From a virus (lineage: Duplodnaviria; Heunggongvirae; Uroviricota; Caudoviricetes): 53,635 nucleotides of DNA. The notes under the pieces were generated by a model. It did no database searches and had not been told where the DNA came from. It saw only the letters and a list, made by a program, of their open reading frames with translations. Positions 1-9,972 of this stretch are shown piece by piece. Position 1 is the first letter of the stretch; every line of letters begins with the position of its first letter. The translations under genes were made by a program, and so were the position numbers. Location: the IMG/VR virus record IMGVR_UViG_2537561603_000004, positions 1-53,635 of that record; one strand, 5' to 3'.

Positions 1-1143
1 CTATGCTGTTTTGATATCTACGATAATCCAGTCTTTACCACGATCATCATTGTATCGGTCGGTCATTTTTCTGGATTTATGGCCTAACAACTTTTGCGTA
101 TCCAGACCCTGTTCCCGATATAACCGTTCTGACAGAGATCGCTGCTCATGAAATGTGGGCGCAGTTCCTTGCTCCCATTTTATGCCACATTTTTCCCGGG
201 CCTTTTTAAAAGCCGTTGTCAGAGTATTTGCAGAAACCTGGTCTCCTCTGTTTGCTTGAGAGGTAGTGTGACGGTAATGGACCAGATATTTACTAACAAC
301 AGCATCCCTGCACTGAGATATAACTTCACGAAGGGTAATATTCAGAGCATCGCATTTCAGGTTAAGCGGAATAGCAAGTTTTGAACCGGTTTTTTCCTGA
401 GTAATGTGCAACATGTCGTCCCATATATCAGAGAATTTCAAATTGCAGATATCGCCTAAACGTTGTCCAGTAACAAGAGCAAGTAGCATGCCGCATTTTA
501 AATAGGGCTGCCGTCTGCTTACGCTGTCAAATATTGCCTGCCATTCGGGCAGTGACAATCTTTGGCGGTTTACTCGATTTCGCGGTTGTTTTGTTGCCTG
601 CGCTGGGTTAAATCCTGGCGGAACATGTCCTGCGTGTTGTGCTTCTTTGAAGACGTCGATCAACACCATTCTCACGACTTGCGCCATCCTGTTATGACCT
701 TCAGCCTTTACAGCATCAATTATTTCGGCAATATCAAGTGCGGTAATATCCTTGAGGTGTTGCATTCCACAATGCTCACGGAAAAGACGAATGGGTTTGC
801 CTTTTTGCCGATAGGAGTTGGGTCTTAGTTCATTATGTTGCAGCCTGTCCTCTTGGATAGAAATATATTTATCAAGCCATTCTGTCACCGTAATGTCTGA
901 GCGCCTGCCTTTCATTCTTTCCAGACGCTCATTGACGCTTAATATTTGTCTGGTACGTTGTTCAGCAATAATGGTATTTGCTTCAGTAGCAACTTGTTTT
1001 GCTTCATTCTCATCAGTTCCTAAGCTATGAAAACGACCGGATAGTGGATGTTTGTATTGCCAATATACCTTTCCGGTTCGCTTATCTAATTTGCAATATA
1101 AATTGGGTATAGAGATTTTGTGAGATCGGGGTCTAGCAGCCAT
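1..1143 (-). CDS. int: Phage integrase, tyrosine recombinase (lambda Int family)
   Basis: 380-aa ORF; C-terminal catalytic motifs (TFHEQRSL H-x-x-R box, LLGHKS...DRY tyrosine region) and overall similarity to lambda Int; sits at prophage end next to xis. Confidence 0.9.
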   Translation of the reverse strand: MAARPRSHKISIPNLYCKLDKRTGKVYWQYKHPLSGRFHSLGTDENEAKQVATEANTIIAEQRTRQILSVNERLERMKGRRSDITVTEWLDKYISIQEDRLQHNELRPNSYRQKGKPIRLFREHCGMQHLKDITALDIAEIIDAVKAEGHNRMAQVVRMVLIDVFKEAQHAGHVPPGFNPAQATKQPRNRVNRQRLSLPEWQAIFDSVSRRQPYLKCGMLLALVTGQRLGDICNLKFSDIWDDMLHITQEKTGSKLAIPLNLKCDALNITLREVISQCRDAVVSKYLVHYRHTTSQANRGDQVSANTLTTAFKKAREKCGIKWEQGTAPTFHEQRSLSERLYREQGLDTQKLLGHKSRKMTDRYNDDRGKDWIIVDIKTA

Positions 1144-1369
1144 CAGCGATTATCCTTTGGAGTTTTGGGTTTGCGTTTATTGGGAGTTGCGGTTCTGCAA
1201 GCGTTCCTACAAAACGGGAATTTCGGTCAATCATCCAGTAGCGACCAACTTTTATAGCGGGTGGGGCCATCATTTTCCCTTGCGCGTATTTTTTCAGAAC
1301 TCGCTCACTTGGTGCTAAGTCCCCAAATTCTTCTTTAGCCCAGTCCTGTAAAGTGATTAGTCGAGACAT
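1133..1369 (-). CDS. xis: Excisionase (Xis-like)
   Basis: 78-aa ORF overlapping the int start, the typical int-xis arrangement; small basic protein. Confidence 0.6.
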   Translation of the reverse strand: MSRLITLQDWAKEEFGDLAPSERVLKKYAQGKMMAPPAIKVGRYWMIDRNSRFVGTLAEPQLPINANPKLQRIIADGC

Positions 1370-1508
1370 TTGTCCTCCTCTTAGCTGCTGAGGGAGTTTG
1401 TGACCGATATATCTGACATGATATTAAGCTCATGGCAGGTACATCTCTTGACTGGTCATAGAGATAAATTTAATGCTGAGAAATGCAGTATTGAATTTAT
1501 CAATTTTT

Positions 1509-1748
1509 CTATTTCCTGCGCATGTCACGTAACTTCTTAATGTGTTCTGCCGTTTCGATCTCTTCTGCTATCCGATCTGCATCAGCTTTATTCACAGGTT
1601 CAAAGTCATGATTAAAGCGGAACATGCTGGCGATACATGTTCTGCCTTTTCGGATGTAGTGAACTTTGTTGTGGGTAGAACGCAGGATTTTGCAGGGAGT
1701 GCCGTGGTGGTCGACGTACCAGGTGTTAGGGTCAATCACTCTGAACAT
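1509..1748 (-). CDS. Hypothetical prophage early-left protein
   Basis: 79-aa ORF co-oriented with the leftward operon; no recognisable motif. Confidence 0.35.
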   Translation of the reverse strand: MFRVIDPNTWYVDHHGTPCKILRSTHNKVHYIRKGRTCIASMFRFNHDFEPVNKADADRIAEEIETAEHIKKLRDMRRK

Positions 1749-2061
1749 TCTTGACCTTGTGTTGTGCGGATTGATATTCAGTGCTGATATTCACCTTTAT
1801 AGCGAACACCTTTACCGGTTTATCGCCAAAGTGCGGATGTGTGATTGTCTTCACTTCATATCCGTCATACGGAACATCAATTCTGCGACTGGAATCGTCG
1901 CGCTTCGGATATCCCTTTGTGATAATCAGGCGGTCATATTCCCGGAACATAATTCGCTTATTCCAGTAGTCATTACACAAGCGATACTCTTCCGTTTTCT
2001 CTCCGCGAATCATGGCATCGAAGTATTCACTTTTAACAGCAAGTTGCAGGTTAGCCATCAC
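1732..2061 (-). CDS. ASCH/PUA-like domain protein (putative)
   Basis: 109-aa ORF; N-terminal pattern (LAVKSEYFDAMIRGEKTEEYR) resembles ASCH-domain proteins. Confidence 0.4.
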   Translation of the reverse strand: MMANLQLAVKSEYFDAMIRGEKTEEYRLCNDYWNKRIMFREYDRLIITKGYPKRDDSSRRIDVPYDGYEVKTITHPHFGDKPVKVFAIKVNISTEYQSAQHKVKNVQSD

Positions 2062-2279
2062 TTAATCCCCCTTTGTTTGCGGATAAGCTCCAGATCTTGC
2101 TGGCAACTGGCGCAAGTCCGACAACCCTGAACGGCCAGGCGTCTTCGTTCATCTATCGGATCGCCACACTCACAACAATGAGTGGCAGATACAGCCAGGT
2201 AGTTCAGGCGGCGCATTTTTATTGCTGTGTTGCGCTGTAATTCTTCTATTTCTGATGCTGAATCAATGATGTCTGCCAT
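2058..2279 (-). CDS. DksA/TraR-family C4 zinc-finger protein
   Basis: 73-aa ORF with CxxC...CxxC (CCECGDPIDERRR...CRTCASCQ) typical of phage TraR-like proteins. Confidence 0.6.
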   Translation of the reverse strand: MADIIDSASEIEELQRNTAIKMRRLNYLAVSATHCCECGDPIDERRRLAVQGCRTCASCQQDLELIRKQRGIK

Positions 2280-2377
2280 CTTTCATTAATCCCTGAACTG
2301 TTGGTTAATACGCTTGAGGGTGAATGCGAACAATAAAAAAGGAGCCTGTAGCTCCCTGATAATTTTGCTTTTCATGT

Positions 2378-2659
2378 TCATCGTTCCTTAAAGACGCCGT
2401 TTAACATGCCGATTGCCAGGCTTAAATGAGTCGGTGTGAATCCCTTCAGCGTTACCGTTTCGCGGTGCTTCTTCAGTACGCTACGGCAAATGTCATTGAC
2501 GTTTTTATCCGGAAACTGCTGTCTGACTTTTTTGATTTCAGAATTAGCCTGACGGGCAATGCTGCGAAGGGCGTTTTCTTGCTGAGGTGTCACTGAACAA
2601 GCCCCATGTCGGCAAGCATAAGCACACAGAATATGAAGCCCGCTGCCAGAAAAATGCAT
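2378..2659 (-). CDS. Hypothetical protein
   Basis: 93-aa ORF in the leftward operon; start uncertain. Confidence 0.25.
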   Translation of the reverse strand: MHFSGSGLHILCAYACRHGACSVTPQQENALRSIARQANSEIKKVRQQFPDKNVNDICRSVLKKHRETVTLKGFTPTHLSLAIGMLNGVFKER

Positions 2660-2669
2660 TCAGTGGTTG

Positions 2670-2861
2670 TCATACCTGGTCTCTCTCATCTGCTTCTGCT
2701 TTCGCCACCATCATTTCCAGCTTTTGTGAAAGGGATGTGGCTAACGTATGAAATTCTTCGTCTGTTTCTGCTGGTATTGGCACAAACCTGACTCCAATTT
2801 GAGCAAGGCTATGTGCCAAATCAATACTCGTTCTTAACTCAACAGGAGATGCTTTGTGCAT
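2670..2861 (-). CDS. Hypothetical protein
   Basis: 63-aa ORF in the leftward operon. Confidence 0.25.
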   Translation of the reverse strand: MHKASPVELRTSIDLAHSLAQIGVRFVPIPAETDEEFHTLATSLSQKLEMMVAKAEADERDQV

Positions 2862-3012
2862 ACCGCCCCCCGTTTATTATTTATCTCCTCAGCCAGCCGC
2901 TGGGCTTTCAGCGGATTTCGGATAACAGAAAGACCGTGAAATACCCAGCCTCGCTTTGTAACGGAGTAGACGAAAGTGATCGCGCCTACCCGGATATTAT
3001 CGTGAGGATGGG

Positions 3013-3693
3013 TCATCGCCATTGCTCTCCAAATACAAAACCAATTTCAGCCAGTGCTTCGTCCATTTTTTCGATGAACTCCGGCACCATCTCGTCAAAA
3101 CTCGCCATGTACTTTTCATCCCGCTCAACCACGACATAATGCAGGCCTTCACGCTTCATTCGTGGGTCATAGTTGGCAAAGTACCAGGCATCTTTTCGTG
3201 TCACCCACATGCTGTACTGCACCTGGGCCATGTAAGCCGACTTTATGGCCTCGAAACCACCGAGCCGGAACTTCATGAAATCCCGGGAGGTAAACGGGCA
3301 TTTCAGCTCAAGGCCATTGCCGTCACTGCATAAACCATCGGGAGAGCAGGCGGTGCGCATACTTTCGTCGCGATAGATGATCGGGGATTCAGTAACATTC
3401 ACGCCGGAAGTGAATTCAAACAGGGTTCTGGCGTCGTTCTCGTACTGTTTTCTCCACGCCAGCGCCTTAGCATTAACTTCCGGAGCCACACCGGTGCAAA
3501 CCTCAGCCAGCAGGGTGTGGAAGTAGGACATTTTCATGTCAGGCCACTTCTTTCCTGAGCGGGGCTTTGCTATCACGTTGTGAACTTCTGAAGCGGTGAT
3601 GACGCCGAGCCGTAATTTGTGCCATGCATCATCCCCCTGTTCGACAGCTCTCACGTCGATCCCGGTACGCTGCAGGATAATGTCCGGTGTCAT
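3013..3693 (-). CDS. exo: Lambda exonuclease (Red-alpha)
   Basis: 226-aa translation is near-identical to lambda Exo as I recall it ([37 protein letters not shown]...). Confidence 0.95.
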   Translation of the reverse strand: MTPDIILQRTGIDVRAVEQGDDAWHKLRLGVITASEVHNVIAKPRSGKKWPDMKMSYFHTLLAEVCTGVAPEVNAKALAWRKQYENDARTLFEFTSGVNVTESPIIYRDESMRTACSPDGLCSDGNGLELKCPFTSRDFMKFRLGGFEAIKSAYMAQVQYSMWVTRKDAWYFANYDPRMKREGLHYVVVERDEKYMASFDEMVPEFIEKMDEALAEIGFVFGEQWR

Positions 3694-4475
3694 GCTGCCA
3701 CCTTCTGCTCAGTGGCTTTCTGTTTCAGGAATCCAAGAGCTTTCACTGCTTCGGCCTGTGTCAGTTCTGACGATGCGCGAATGTCGCGGCGAAATATCTG
3801 GGAACAGAGCGGCAATAAGTCGACATCCCATGTTTTGTCCAGGGCAATCAGCAGAGTGTTAATCTCCTGCATGGTTTCATCGTTAACCGGAGTGATGTCG
3901 CGTTCCGGCTGACGTTCCGCAGTGTATGCAGTATTTTCGACAATGCGCTCGGCTTCATCCTTGTCATAGATACCAGCAAATCCGAAGGCCAGACGGGCAA
4001 ACTGAATCATGGCTTTATGCCGTAACATCCGTTTGGGATGCGACTGCCACGGCCCCGTGATTTCTCTGCCTTCGCGAGTTTTGAATGGTTCGCGGCGGCA
4101 TTCATCCATCCATTCGGTAACGCAGATCGGATGATTGCGGTCTTTGCGGTAAATCCGGCACGTACATGATTCATTGTCCTGCTCAAAGTCCATGCCATCA
4201 AACTGCTGGTTTTCATTGATGATGCGGGACCAGCCATCAACGCCCACCACCGGAACGATGCCGTTCTGCTTATCAGGGAAGGCGTAAATTTCTTTCGTCC
4301 ACGGATTAAGGCCGTACTGGTTGGCGACGATCAGCAATGCGATGAACTGCGCATCGCTGGCATCACCTTTAAATGCCGTCTGACGAAGAGTGGTGATCAG
4401 TTCCTGTGGGTCGACAGAATCCATGCCGACACGTTCAGCCAGCTTCCCAGCCAGCGTTGCGAGTGCTGTACTCAT
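3690..4475 (-). CDS. bet: Recombination protein Bet (Red-beta)
   Basis: 261-aa translation near-identical to lambda Bet ([37 protein letters not shown]...); 4-nt overlap with exo. Confidence 0.95.
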   Translation of the reverse strand: MSTALATLAGKLAERVGMDSVDPQELITTLRQTAFKGDASDAQFIALLIVANQYGLNPWTKEIYAFPDKQNGIVPVVGVDGWSRIINENQQFDGMDFEQDNESCTCRIYRKDRNHPICVTEWMDECRREPFKTREGREITGPWQSHPKRMLRHKAMIQFARLAFGFAGIYDKDEAERIVENTAYTAERQPERDITPVNDETMQEINTLLIALDKTWDVDLLPLCSQIFRRDIRASSELTQAEAVKALGFLKQKATEQKVAA

Positions 4476-4480
4476 CCGTT

Positions 4481-4777
4481 TTATACCTCTGAATCAATAT
4501 CAACATGGTGGTGAGCAATGGTTTCAACCATGTACCGGATGTGTTCTGCCATGCGCTCCTGAAACTCAACATCGTCATCAAACGCACGGGTAATGGCTTT
4601 TTTGCTGGCCCCGCAGCGTTGCAAATGATCGATGCAGAGTGATTCAAACAGGTGCTGTGGAAGACCTTTTTCCATGTCGTCTGCCAGTTCTGCCTCTTTC
4701 TCTTCACGGGCGATCTGCTGGTAGTGACGCGCCCAGCTTTGAGCCTCAAGACGATCCTGAATGTAATAAGCGTTCAT
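4481..4777 (-). CDS. gam: Host RecBCD inhibitor Gam (short form)
   Basis: 98-aa translation near-identical to lambda Gam-S ([21 protein letters not shown]...); an in-frame stop 19 codons upstream precludes the long isoform here. Confidence 0.9.
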   Translation of the reverse strand: MNAYYIQDRLEAQSWARHYQQIAREEKEAELADDMEKGLPQHLFESLCIDHLQRCGASKKAITRAFDDDVEFQERMAEHIRYMVETIAHHHVDIDSEV

Positions 4778-4852
4778 GGCTGAACTCCTGAAAATGGCTG
4801 TGAAAATATCGCCTGCGAAATGCCGGGCTGATTAGGTAAACAGGAAAGGGGA

Positions 4853-5239
4853 TTAGTGATTCAGGCCGTTGCCGCGTCCGTCGAGAAAAACTTCCACGAG
4901 CAAATCACGGGTATAAGTGCGCTCGATGCCGCGATGCAGATAAAGCCGTCCGCGTAAATTAGCTGATGCAGTCCAGGTACCATCTTTGTGTTTGACCAGC
5001 ATTCCTGGCATGACCGCACCGCGATTAACGGTCTGCGTTCCGTAATGTTGATGAACCATAAAAACTCCTGCCCGTAAGCTGGGCTGCTGAACATATAGAG
5101 ACTTCTGCGCGCATTCAGGCGGTGGATGGCCGCCGGTTGTCATAACTAAGCCGCCTCGTTGAAGCGACTGAGGTATGAAGTGTTGAGTTGATTTCAGCTG
5201 GTCACACCGACGTTCACGCGTCCGTTTCACCCCTCGCAC
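4853..5239 (-). CDS. Hypothetical early-left protein; possible N-like antiterminator and/or Kil-position ORF
   Basis: 128-aa ORF with GTG start just downstream of the OL-like motifs; arginine-rich N-terminus (KRTRERR) reminiscent of N-protein ARM; its 3' end occupies the position of lambda kil. Assignment is by position and composition only. Confidence 0.3.
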   Translation of the reverse strand: MRGVKRTRERRCDQLKSTQHFIPQSLQRGGLVMTTGGHPPPECAQKSLYVQQPSLRAGVFMVHQHYGTQTVNRGAVMPGMLVKHKDGTWTASANLRGRLYLHRGIERTYTRDLLVEVFLDGRGNGLNH

Positions 5240-5343
5240 TCCCCGAAGCCTGCTGAAATCAAGCTGCGGATCTAAGCGGTCATCGCAACGGTGAATCAGG
5301 TGGTTGCCGTATCGTTGTGTTGTTGCGACATGGTGATGATAGC

Positions 5344-5381
5344 CATTGCTATTGGTGATATCAATACTTATTGCTATTATT
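5344..5381. promoter_or_regulatory. Putative leftward operator/promoter (OL/PL-like) with TTGCTATT motifs
   Basis: Motif TTGCTATT at 5346-5353 and 5371-5378 matches the motif repeated in the repressor/cro intergenic region (7146-7153, 7171-7178). Confidence 0.35.
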
Positions 5382-5610
5382 AAATGTGTTTTGATATTAA
5401 ATGTTTGATAGCAAAAAGAATTAATTTTGTGACTTGCATCGCATAGCGATAACTGAAGCGAGGTCGTGGTGGTTTTTTGAACGGTTTGTGTGATGAGGGG
5501 AAGGCAAAAGAAAACCCGGCACTGGGGCCGGGTTTAGATGGATAAGAAAGGGTAATAGGGAATGAAAAATCGCTTTGCGTAATGCAAGGTGGCGAGCAGT
5601 TTCTTAAGCA

Positions 5611-6051
5611 CTAAAGAAAAAAGTACATTGATAGCTTATAAAGACCTGTTCCTGCAGCGATGATTGCTGGAACACCAAGCAATACCGCAAGCTTTGCGTC
5701 TGAAACCTTTCTATCGACAGCATCGATGGAGGGTTTTTTGGCTAGTGAATCTTTTATTGAATCGAGTCGCTCCAGAACAGCGATCATGTTTCTGTCGATA
5801 GATTTGACATCTGTCTTAAGCTCATCAACGTCACGTCGGATATAGGACACATCAGACTCAAGCTTTGCAACTTTCGATTCAAGCACATTATTACTCCCAG
5901 AGCCACCGCTACCACTTGATTGTAGCATAGGTACATTACCGCCAGACATACCAGCTGATTGAGAAAATGCTGCAGTATGCAAAGATGATGATCTTGCCGC
6001 TTGTTCAAGCTTTTCAGTTAGGTTTGGAGCTTCGTAATAACCGTGTTTCAT
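5611..6051 (-). CDS. Coiled-coil protein with C-terminal transmembrane anchor
   Basis: 146-aa ORF; central heptad-like region (KVAKLESDVSYIRRDVDELKTDVKSIDRNM) and hydrophobic C-terminus (LAVLLGVPAIIAAGTGLY); AT-rich; downstream of and co-oriented with the repressor. Confidence 0.5.
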   Translation of the reverse strand: MKHGYYEAPNLTEKLEQAARSSSLHTAAFSQSAGMSGGNVPMLQSSGSGGSGSNNVLESKVAKLESDVSYIRRDVDELKTDVKSIDRNMIAVLERLDSIKDSLAKKPSIDAVDRKVSDAKLAVLLGVPAIIAAGTGLYKLSMYFFL

Positions 6052-6059
6052 TGTTAATA

Positions 6060-6329
6060 TTATGACTTATTGGTTTTAGCTCTATCATGCTGATCGCGAA
6101 TAAAGTCAGCGAGTTTAAGCATTAAATCTTCCGTCATGCGAATTGTTGCAATGTTGTACTTTACGTTTTCAGTGTCATTACTACCATCAGCGCCCCATTC
6201 TGTAACATGCTGAAAGAAAGATATGGAGCCTAAGCGATCGTCATCTTCCCCAAAAGATGAATATCCAAATGCATCAGCATATGCATCTACACAGTTATTT
6301 GATTTTTTTATAAGTTTTTTATCACTCAT
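6060..6329 (-). CDS. Hypothetical acidic protein
   Basis: 89-aa ORF immediately downstream of the repressor gene, same strand, AT-rich. Confidence 0.45.
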   Translation of the reverse strand: MSDKKLIKKSNNCVDAYADAFGYSSFGEDDDRLGSISFFQHVTEWGADGSNDTENVKYNIATIRMTEDLMLKLADFIRDQHDRAKTNKS

Positions 6330-6408
6330 TTTTGCCTTTCCCGTAATGTTATTTTTATAAAGAATTCTTTCAGCGCATTACCCAAAAGCCTCATCAGCAC
6401 GCAGCTGA

Positions 6409-7101
6409 TTATCCGTGTTTCCTATACGTCTGCGGCATACTGCCAATAACCTTCCCGAAAATGAACACCCGGTTCATCTCGTCTTTCTCGATCGGGTCCC
6501 ACGGTGAGTAGCTCTTGTTATCAGAGATAACCAGTAGCTTATCTTTCATCATTTGCAGGCGCTTTACATGGGCTGTGTCGTCGTATAGAAACGCATAGAT
6601 ACCATCACCGTCGAAAGATTTAACCGTGATATCAACGAACAGCAGATCACCTGGTTCGATCGTTCCTGACATGCTGTCACCGCGTACGTTAATGATGCGG
6701 ATATTTTCTGCCTTCCTGCCATCGAACATGTGACGAGCATCGTCAAACGAGTACTCAACCGAGCGTAGGACTTCTACAAACTCACGGTTGATGACGCCCG
6801 GCCCAGCACTGACTTCTATATCAAGAACGTCAATCTTGAAGTATTTGGAATGGTTGACAGCAGGCTTTCCTGATTGTTGACCGTCATTTCTCATCGGGCC
6901 TATGCCTGATGAGAGCCACTCTGTTCGAACACCCAATGCATTAGCTATTTCAACAATTTTTGTTGAGCCGCGCGCGTTGCCGCTTGTCAGTCTCCAGATT
7001 GTGGGTTGAGCTACGCCAGACGCCTTTGCAAGAGCGCCTTGAGACATTCCAGATTGTTCCATCGCTAGGTTTAAGCGATCAGCAAGAGTTTCTTTTTTCA
7101 T
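6409..7101 (-). CDS. CI-like prophage repressor (HTH_XRE + S24 LexA-like peptidase)
   Basis: N-terminal HTH (MSQGALAKASGVAQPTIWRL), C-terminal S24 motifs (VRGDSMSGTIEPGDLLFVD serine region; HVKRL lysine), possible Ala-Gly cleavage site (VSAGPG). ATG at 7099-7101 preferred over the TTG at 7137 used by the ORF track. Confidence 0.85.
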   Translation of the reverse strand: MKKETLADRLNLAMEQSGMSQGALAKASGVAQPTIWRLTSGNARGSTKIVEIANALGVRTEWLSSGIGPMRNDGQQSGKPAVNHSKYFKIDVLDIEVSAGPGVINREFVEVLRSVEYSFDDARHMFDGRKAENIRIINVRGDSMSGTIEPGDLLFVDITVKSFDGDGIYAFLYDDTAHVKRLQMMKDKLLVISDNKSYSPWDPIEKDEMNRVFIFGKVIGSMPQTYRKHG

Positions 7102-7211
7102 AAGTTTTAATTTATACGCTTGCGTATTGATGGTCAAAACACGTTTTGCTATTGAATGGGTTGATACGCATTGCTATTATCTGTTCATTGCAATACCAAT
7201 AGGAATTGATA
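7102..7211. promoter_or_regulatory. Divergent PRM/PR-like promoter-operator region
   Basis: Intergenic region between divergent repressor and cro-like genes with repeated TTGCTATT motifs and an inverted copy (cattgcaata at 7186-7195). Confidence 0.5.
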
Positions 7212-7439
7212 ATGACAAATCAAACCATTCAACTCGCAATCAGTATTACAGGTAGTCAAAAACGACTGGCAGATCTATGCGGTGTAGCCCAACCCACTGT
7301 TTGGCGTTGGCTACACGGTGGCGGAATTGATGCCCGCTATGTAATGAAAATTGTCTCAGCCACTGGTGGAAAGATTAAACCAGCAGATATTCGTCCCGAC
7401 CTCGCACCATTGTTTAACGCGAGTAATTCTGCCGCCTAA
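7212..7439 (+). CDS. Cro-like HTH regulator
   Basis: 75-aa protein divergent from the repressor; HTH-like segment (LADLCGVAQPTVWRWL); ATG at 7212 preceded by aggaa. Confidence 0.7.
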   Translation: MTNQTIQLAISITGSQKRLADLCGVAQPTVWRWLHGGGIDARYVMKIVSATGGKIKPADIRPDLAPLFNASNSAA

Positions 7440-7463
7440 ACTGCGGCGTTAACTGATAAGGCA

Positions 7464-8009
7464 ATGACTATGCAACCACTTACATACCAACAGACTAGCG
7501 GATTTAGCCCGACAGCGGTGATAAATCGTTCTCAAACAAAACAGGTGCCAGGCCACGAAAAAATCCGTGATGCCGTCCGCGCCTGGTCGGCTGTAGATAA
7601 TCAGGATGTCGTTGCCACACTCATTGTGAATGAGTATCGGGAGCAGGGCGGCGGCACCATCGATTTCCCTGATGATGTCAGCCGTGCACGCCAGAAGCTG
7701 TTCCGCTTCCTCGATAACAAATTCGATTCTGAAAAATACCGAAATAACGTGCGTGAATTGACCCCGGCAATTCTGGCGGTACTACCGCTGGAATATCGCG
7801 GCCACTTGGTTGAGCAGGATAGCTTCATGGCTCGGCTGGCTGAAATGGAAAAGGAACTCAGTGAGGCAAAACAGGCTGTCATTCTCAACGCACCACGCCA
7901 CCAGAAACTGAAGGAGATGAGTGAAGGCATTGTGTCGATGTTTCGTGTGGACCCGGACCTGGCTGGTCCATTGATGGCGATGGTCACCACCATGCTGGGG
8001 GCAATATGA
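7464..8009 (+). CDS. CII-position regulatory protein (YdaT-like, tentative)
   Basis: 181-aa ORF between cro-like gene and O, the position of cII; family assignment from weak recollection only. Confidence 0.4.
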   Translation: MTMQPLTYQQTSGFSPTAVINRSQTKQVPGHEKIRDAVRAWSAVDNQDVVATLIVNEYREQGGGTIDFPDDVSRARQKLFRFLDNKFDSEKYRNNVRELTPAILAVLPLEYRGHLVEQDSFMARLAEMEKELSEAKQAVILNAPRHQKLKEMSEGIVSMFRVDPDLAGPLMAMVTTMLGAI

Positions 8010-8095
8010 CAGGTTCAGAAATGGCAAAAGCCGGTCTGCGCGAACAGAACCGACTTTCAGGTGCAAATCGTAACACACTCATTGCGGGAGGAATT

Positions 8096-9025
8096 ATGGC
8101 AAACACTGCTGAGATATTCAATTTTCCAGTGCCGGATGCGGCACAAAAGGAGCCGCGCGTGGCAGATCTCGATGATGGTTATACGCGCATTGCAAATGAG
8201 TTGCTGGAAGCTGTGATGCTGGCCGGATTAACACAGCACCAGCTTCTGGTCTTCCTGGCTGTCATGCGCAAAACATATGGCTTTAATAAAAAACTGGATT
8301 GGGTTAGCAACGAGCAACTTTCCGAATTAACCGGGATATTGCCGCACAAGTGTTCTGCTGCAAAAAGTGTTCTGGTAAAGCGTGGGATTTTTATTCAGAG
8401 CGGGCGGAATACCGGCATTAATAATGTGGTCAGTGAATGGTCAACATTACCCGAATCAGGTAAGAAAAATAAAGTTTACCTGAAAGAGGTAAATTTACCT
8501 GAATCAGGTAAAAAAAGTTTACCCAAATCAGGTAAAGGCGTTTACCCGAATCAGGTAAACACAAAAGACAAACTAACAAAAGACAATATAAAACCTTTTT
8601 CGTCCGAGAATTCTGGCGAATCCTCTGACCAACCAGAAAACGATCTTCCTGTGGTGAAACCGGATGCTGCAATTCAGAGCGGCAGCAAGTGGGGGACAGC
8701 AGAAGACCTGACCGCCGCAGAGTGGATGTTTGACATGGTGAAGACCATCGCGCCATCAGCCAGAAAACCGAATTTTGCAGGGTGGGCTAACGATATCCGC
8801 CTGATGCGTGAACGTGACGGACGTAACCACCGCGACATGTGCGTGCTGTTCCGCTGGGCATGCCAGGACAACTTCTGGTCCGGTAACGTGCTAAGTCCGG
8901 CCAAACTCCGCGACAAGTGGACCCAACTCGAAATCAACCGTAACAAGCAACAGGCAGGCGTGACAGCTAGCAAACCAAAACTCGACCTGACAAACACAGA
9001 CTGGATTTACGGGGTGGATCTATGA
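8096..9025 (+). CDS. O: Replication initiator protein O
   Basis: Strong similarity to lambda O N-terminus (VADLDDGY...LLEA...KTYG.NK) with the LPESGK repeat region encoded by ori iterons; ATG at 8096 preceded by gggagg. Confidence 0.9.
   Translation: MANTAEIFNFPVPDAAQKEPRVADLDDGYTRIANELLEAVMLAGLTQHQLLVFLAVMRKTYGFNKKLDWVSNEQLSELTGILPHKCSAAKSVLVKRGIFIQSGRNTGINNVVSEWSTLPESGKKNKVYLKEVNLPESGKKSLPKSGKGVYPNQVNTKDKLTKDNIKPFSSENSGESSDQPENDLPVVKPDAAIQSGSKWGTAEDLTAAEWMFDMVKTIAPSARKPNFAGWANDIRLMRERDGRNHRDMCVLFRWACQDNFWSGNVLSPAKLRDKWTQLEINRNKQQAGVTASKPKLDLTNTDWIYGVDL
8447..8558 (+). repeat. Origin of replication iterons (ori-lambda type) inside O
   Basis: Five ~17-bp repeats TTACC(C/T)(G/A)AA(T/A)(C/G)AGGTAA at 8447, 8476, 8496, 8519 and 8542, followed by an AT-rich stretch. 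Confidence 0.8.
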
Positions 9026-9723
9026 AAAACATCGCCGCACAGATGATTAACTTTGACCGTGAGCAGATGCGTCGGATCGCCAACAACATGCCGGAACAGT
9101 ACGACGAAAAGCCGCAGGTACAGCAGGTAGCGCAGATAATCAACGGTGTATTCAGCCAGTTACTGGCAACTTTCCCGGCGAGCCTGGCTAATCGTGACCA
9201 GAACGAACTGAACGAAATCCGCCGCCAGTGGGTTCTGGCTTTCCGGGAAAACGGGATCACCACGATGGAGCAGGTGAGCGCCGGAATGCGTGTTGCCCGT
9301 CGGCAGAATAGACCATTTCTGCCATCACCCGGGCAGTTTGTTGCATGGTGCCGGGAAGAAGCATCCGTTACCGCCGGGCTGCCAAACGTCAGCGAGCTGG
9401 TTGATATGGTTTACGAGTATTGCCGGAAGCGTGGTCTGTATCCGGATGCAGAGTCTTATCCGTGGAAATCAAACGCGCACTACTGGCTGGTTACCAACCT
9501 GTATCAGAACATGCGGGCCAATGCGTTGACTGACGCGGAATTACGGCGCAAGGCTGCCGATGAACTGGCCTGTATGACCGCGCGAATTAACCGTGGTGAG
9601 GCTATACCTGAACCAGTAAAACAACTTCCTGTCATGGGCGGTAGGCCTCTAAATCGTGCACAGGCTCTGGCGAAGATCGCAGAAATCAAAGCTAAGTTCG
9701 GGCTGAAAGGAGCGATGAAATAG
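9022..9723 (+). CDS. P: Replication protein P (DnaB helicase loader)
   Basis: 233-aa translation near-identical to lambda P (MKNIAAQMINFDREQMRRIANNMPEQYDEKPQVQQ...). Confidence 0.95.
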   Translation: MKNIAAQMINFDREQMRRIANNMPEQYDEKPQVQQVAQIINGVFSQLLATFPASLANRDQNELNEIRRQWVLAFRENGITTMEQVSAGMRVARRQNRPFLPSPGQFVAWCREEASVTAGLPNVSELVDMVYEYCRKRGLYPDAESYPWKSNAHYWLVTNLYQNMRANALTDAELRRKAADELACMTARINRGEAIPEPVKQLPVMGGRPLNRAQALAKIAEIKAKFGLKGAMK

Positions 9724-9972
9724 AGCTAAAGTATTAGCTTAAAAATAAAGTATACCTAGCGAATATAATCTAGGACTAGTTGTAACGCCCGAAATGATTG
9801 ATTGCGTGAGCAACAAAATTTTTCTTCCATTGTTGTGAAATCATTTAGCCATAAAGTTTATGCAGAGATTTTATTTTATTTTTGAGTTGATTTTTTTGTA
9901 ACGAGCTGTATATTTCGCGCCTCTTGTCATACCAGTTATTTTTTTCATTATATTCATAACGTTGATTGAACT

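Noticed and set aside
4778-4900. Long isoform of Gam
   Set aside because: An in-frame stop lies 19 codons upstream of the Gam-S ATG, so only the short form is encoded.
8447-8558. Short direct repeats inside O considered as a possible CRISPR array
   Set aside because: They are 17-bp ori iterons within the O coding sequence (encoding the LPESGK repeats), with no regular unique spacers and no cas genes.
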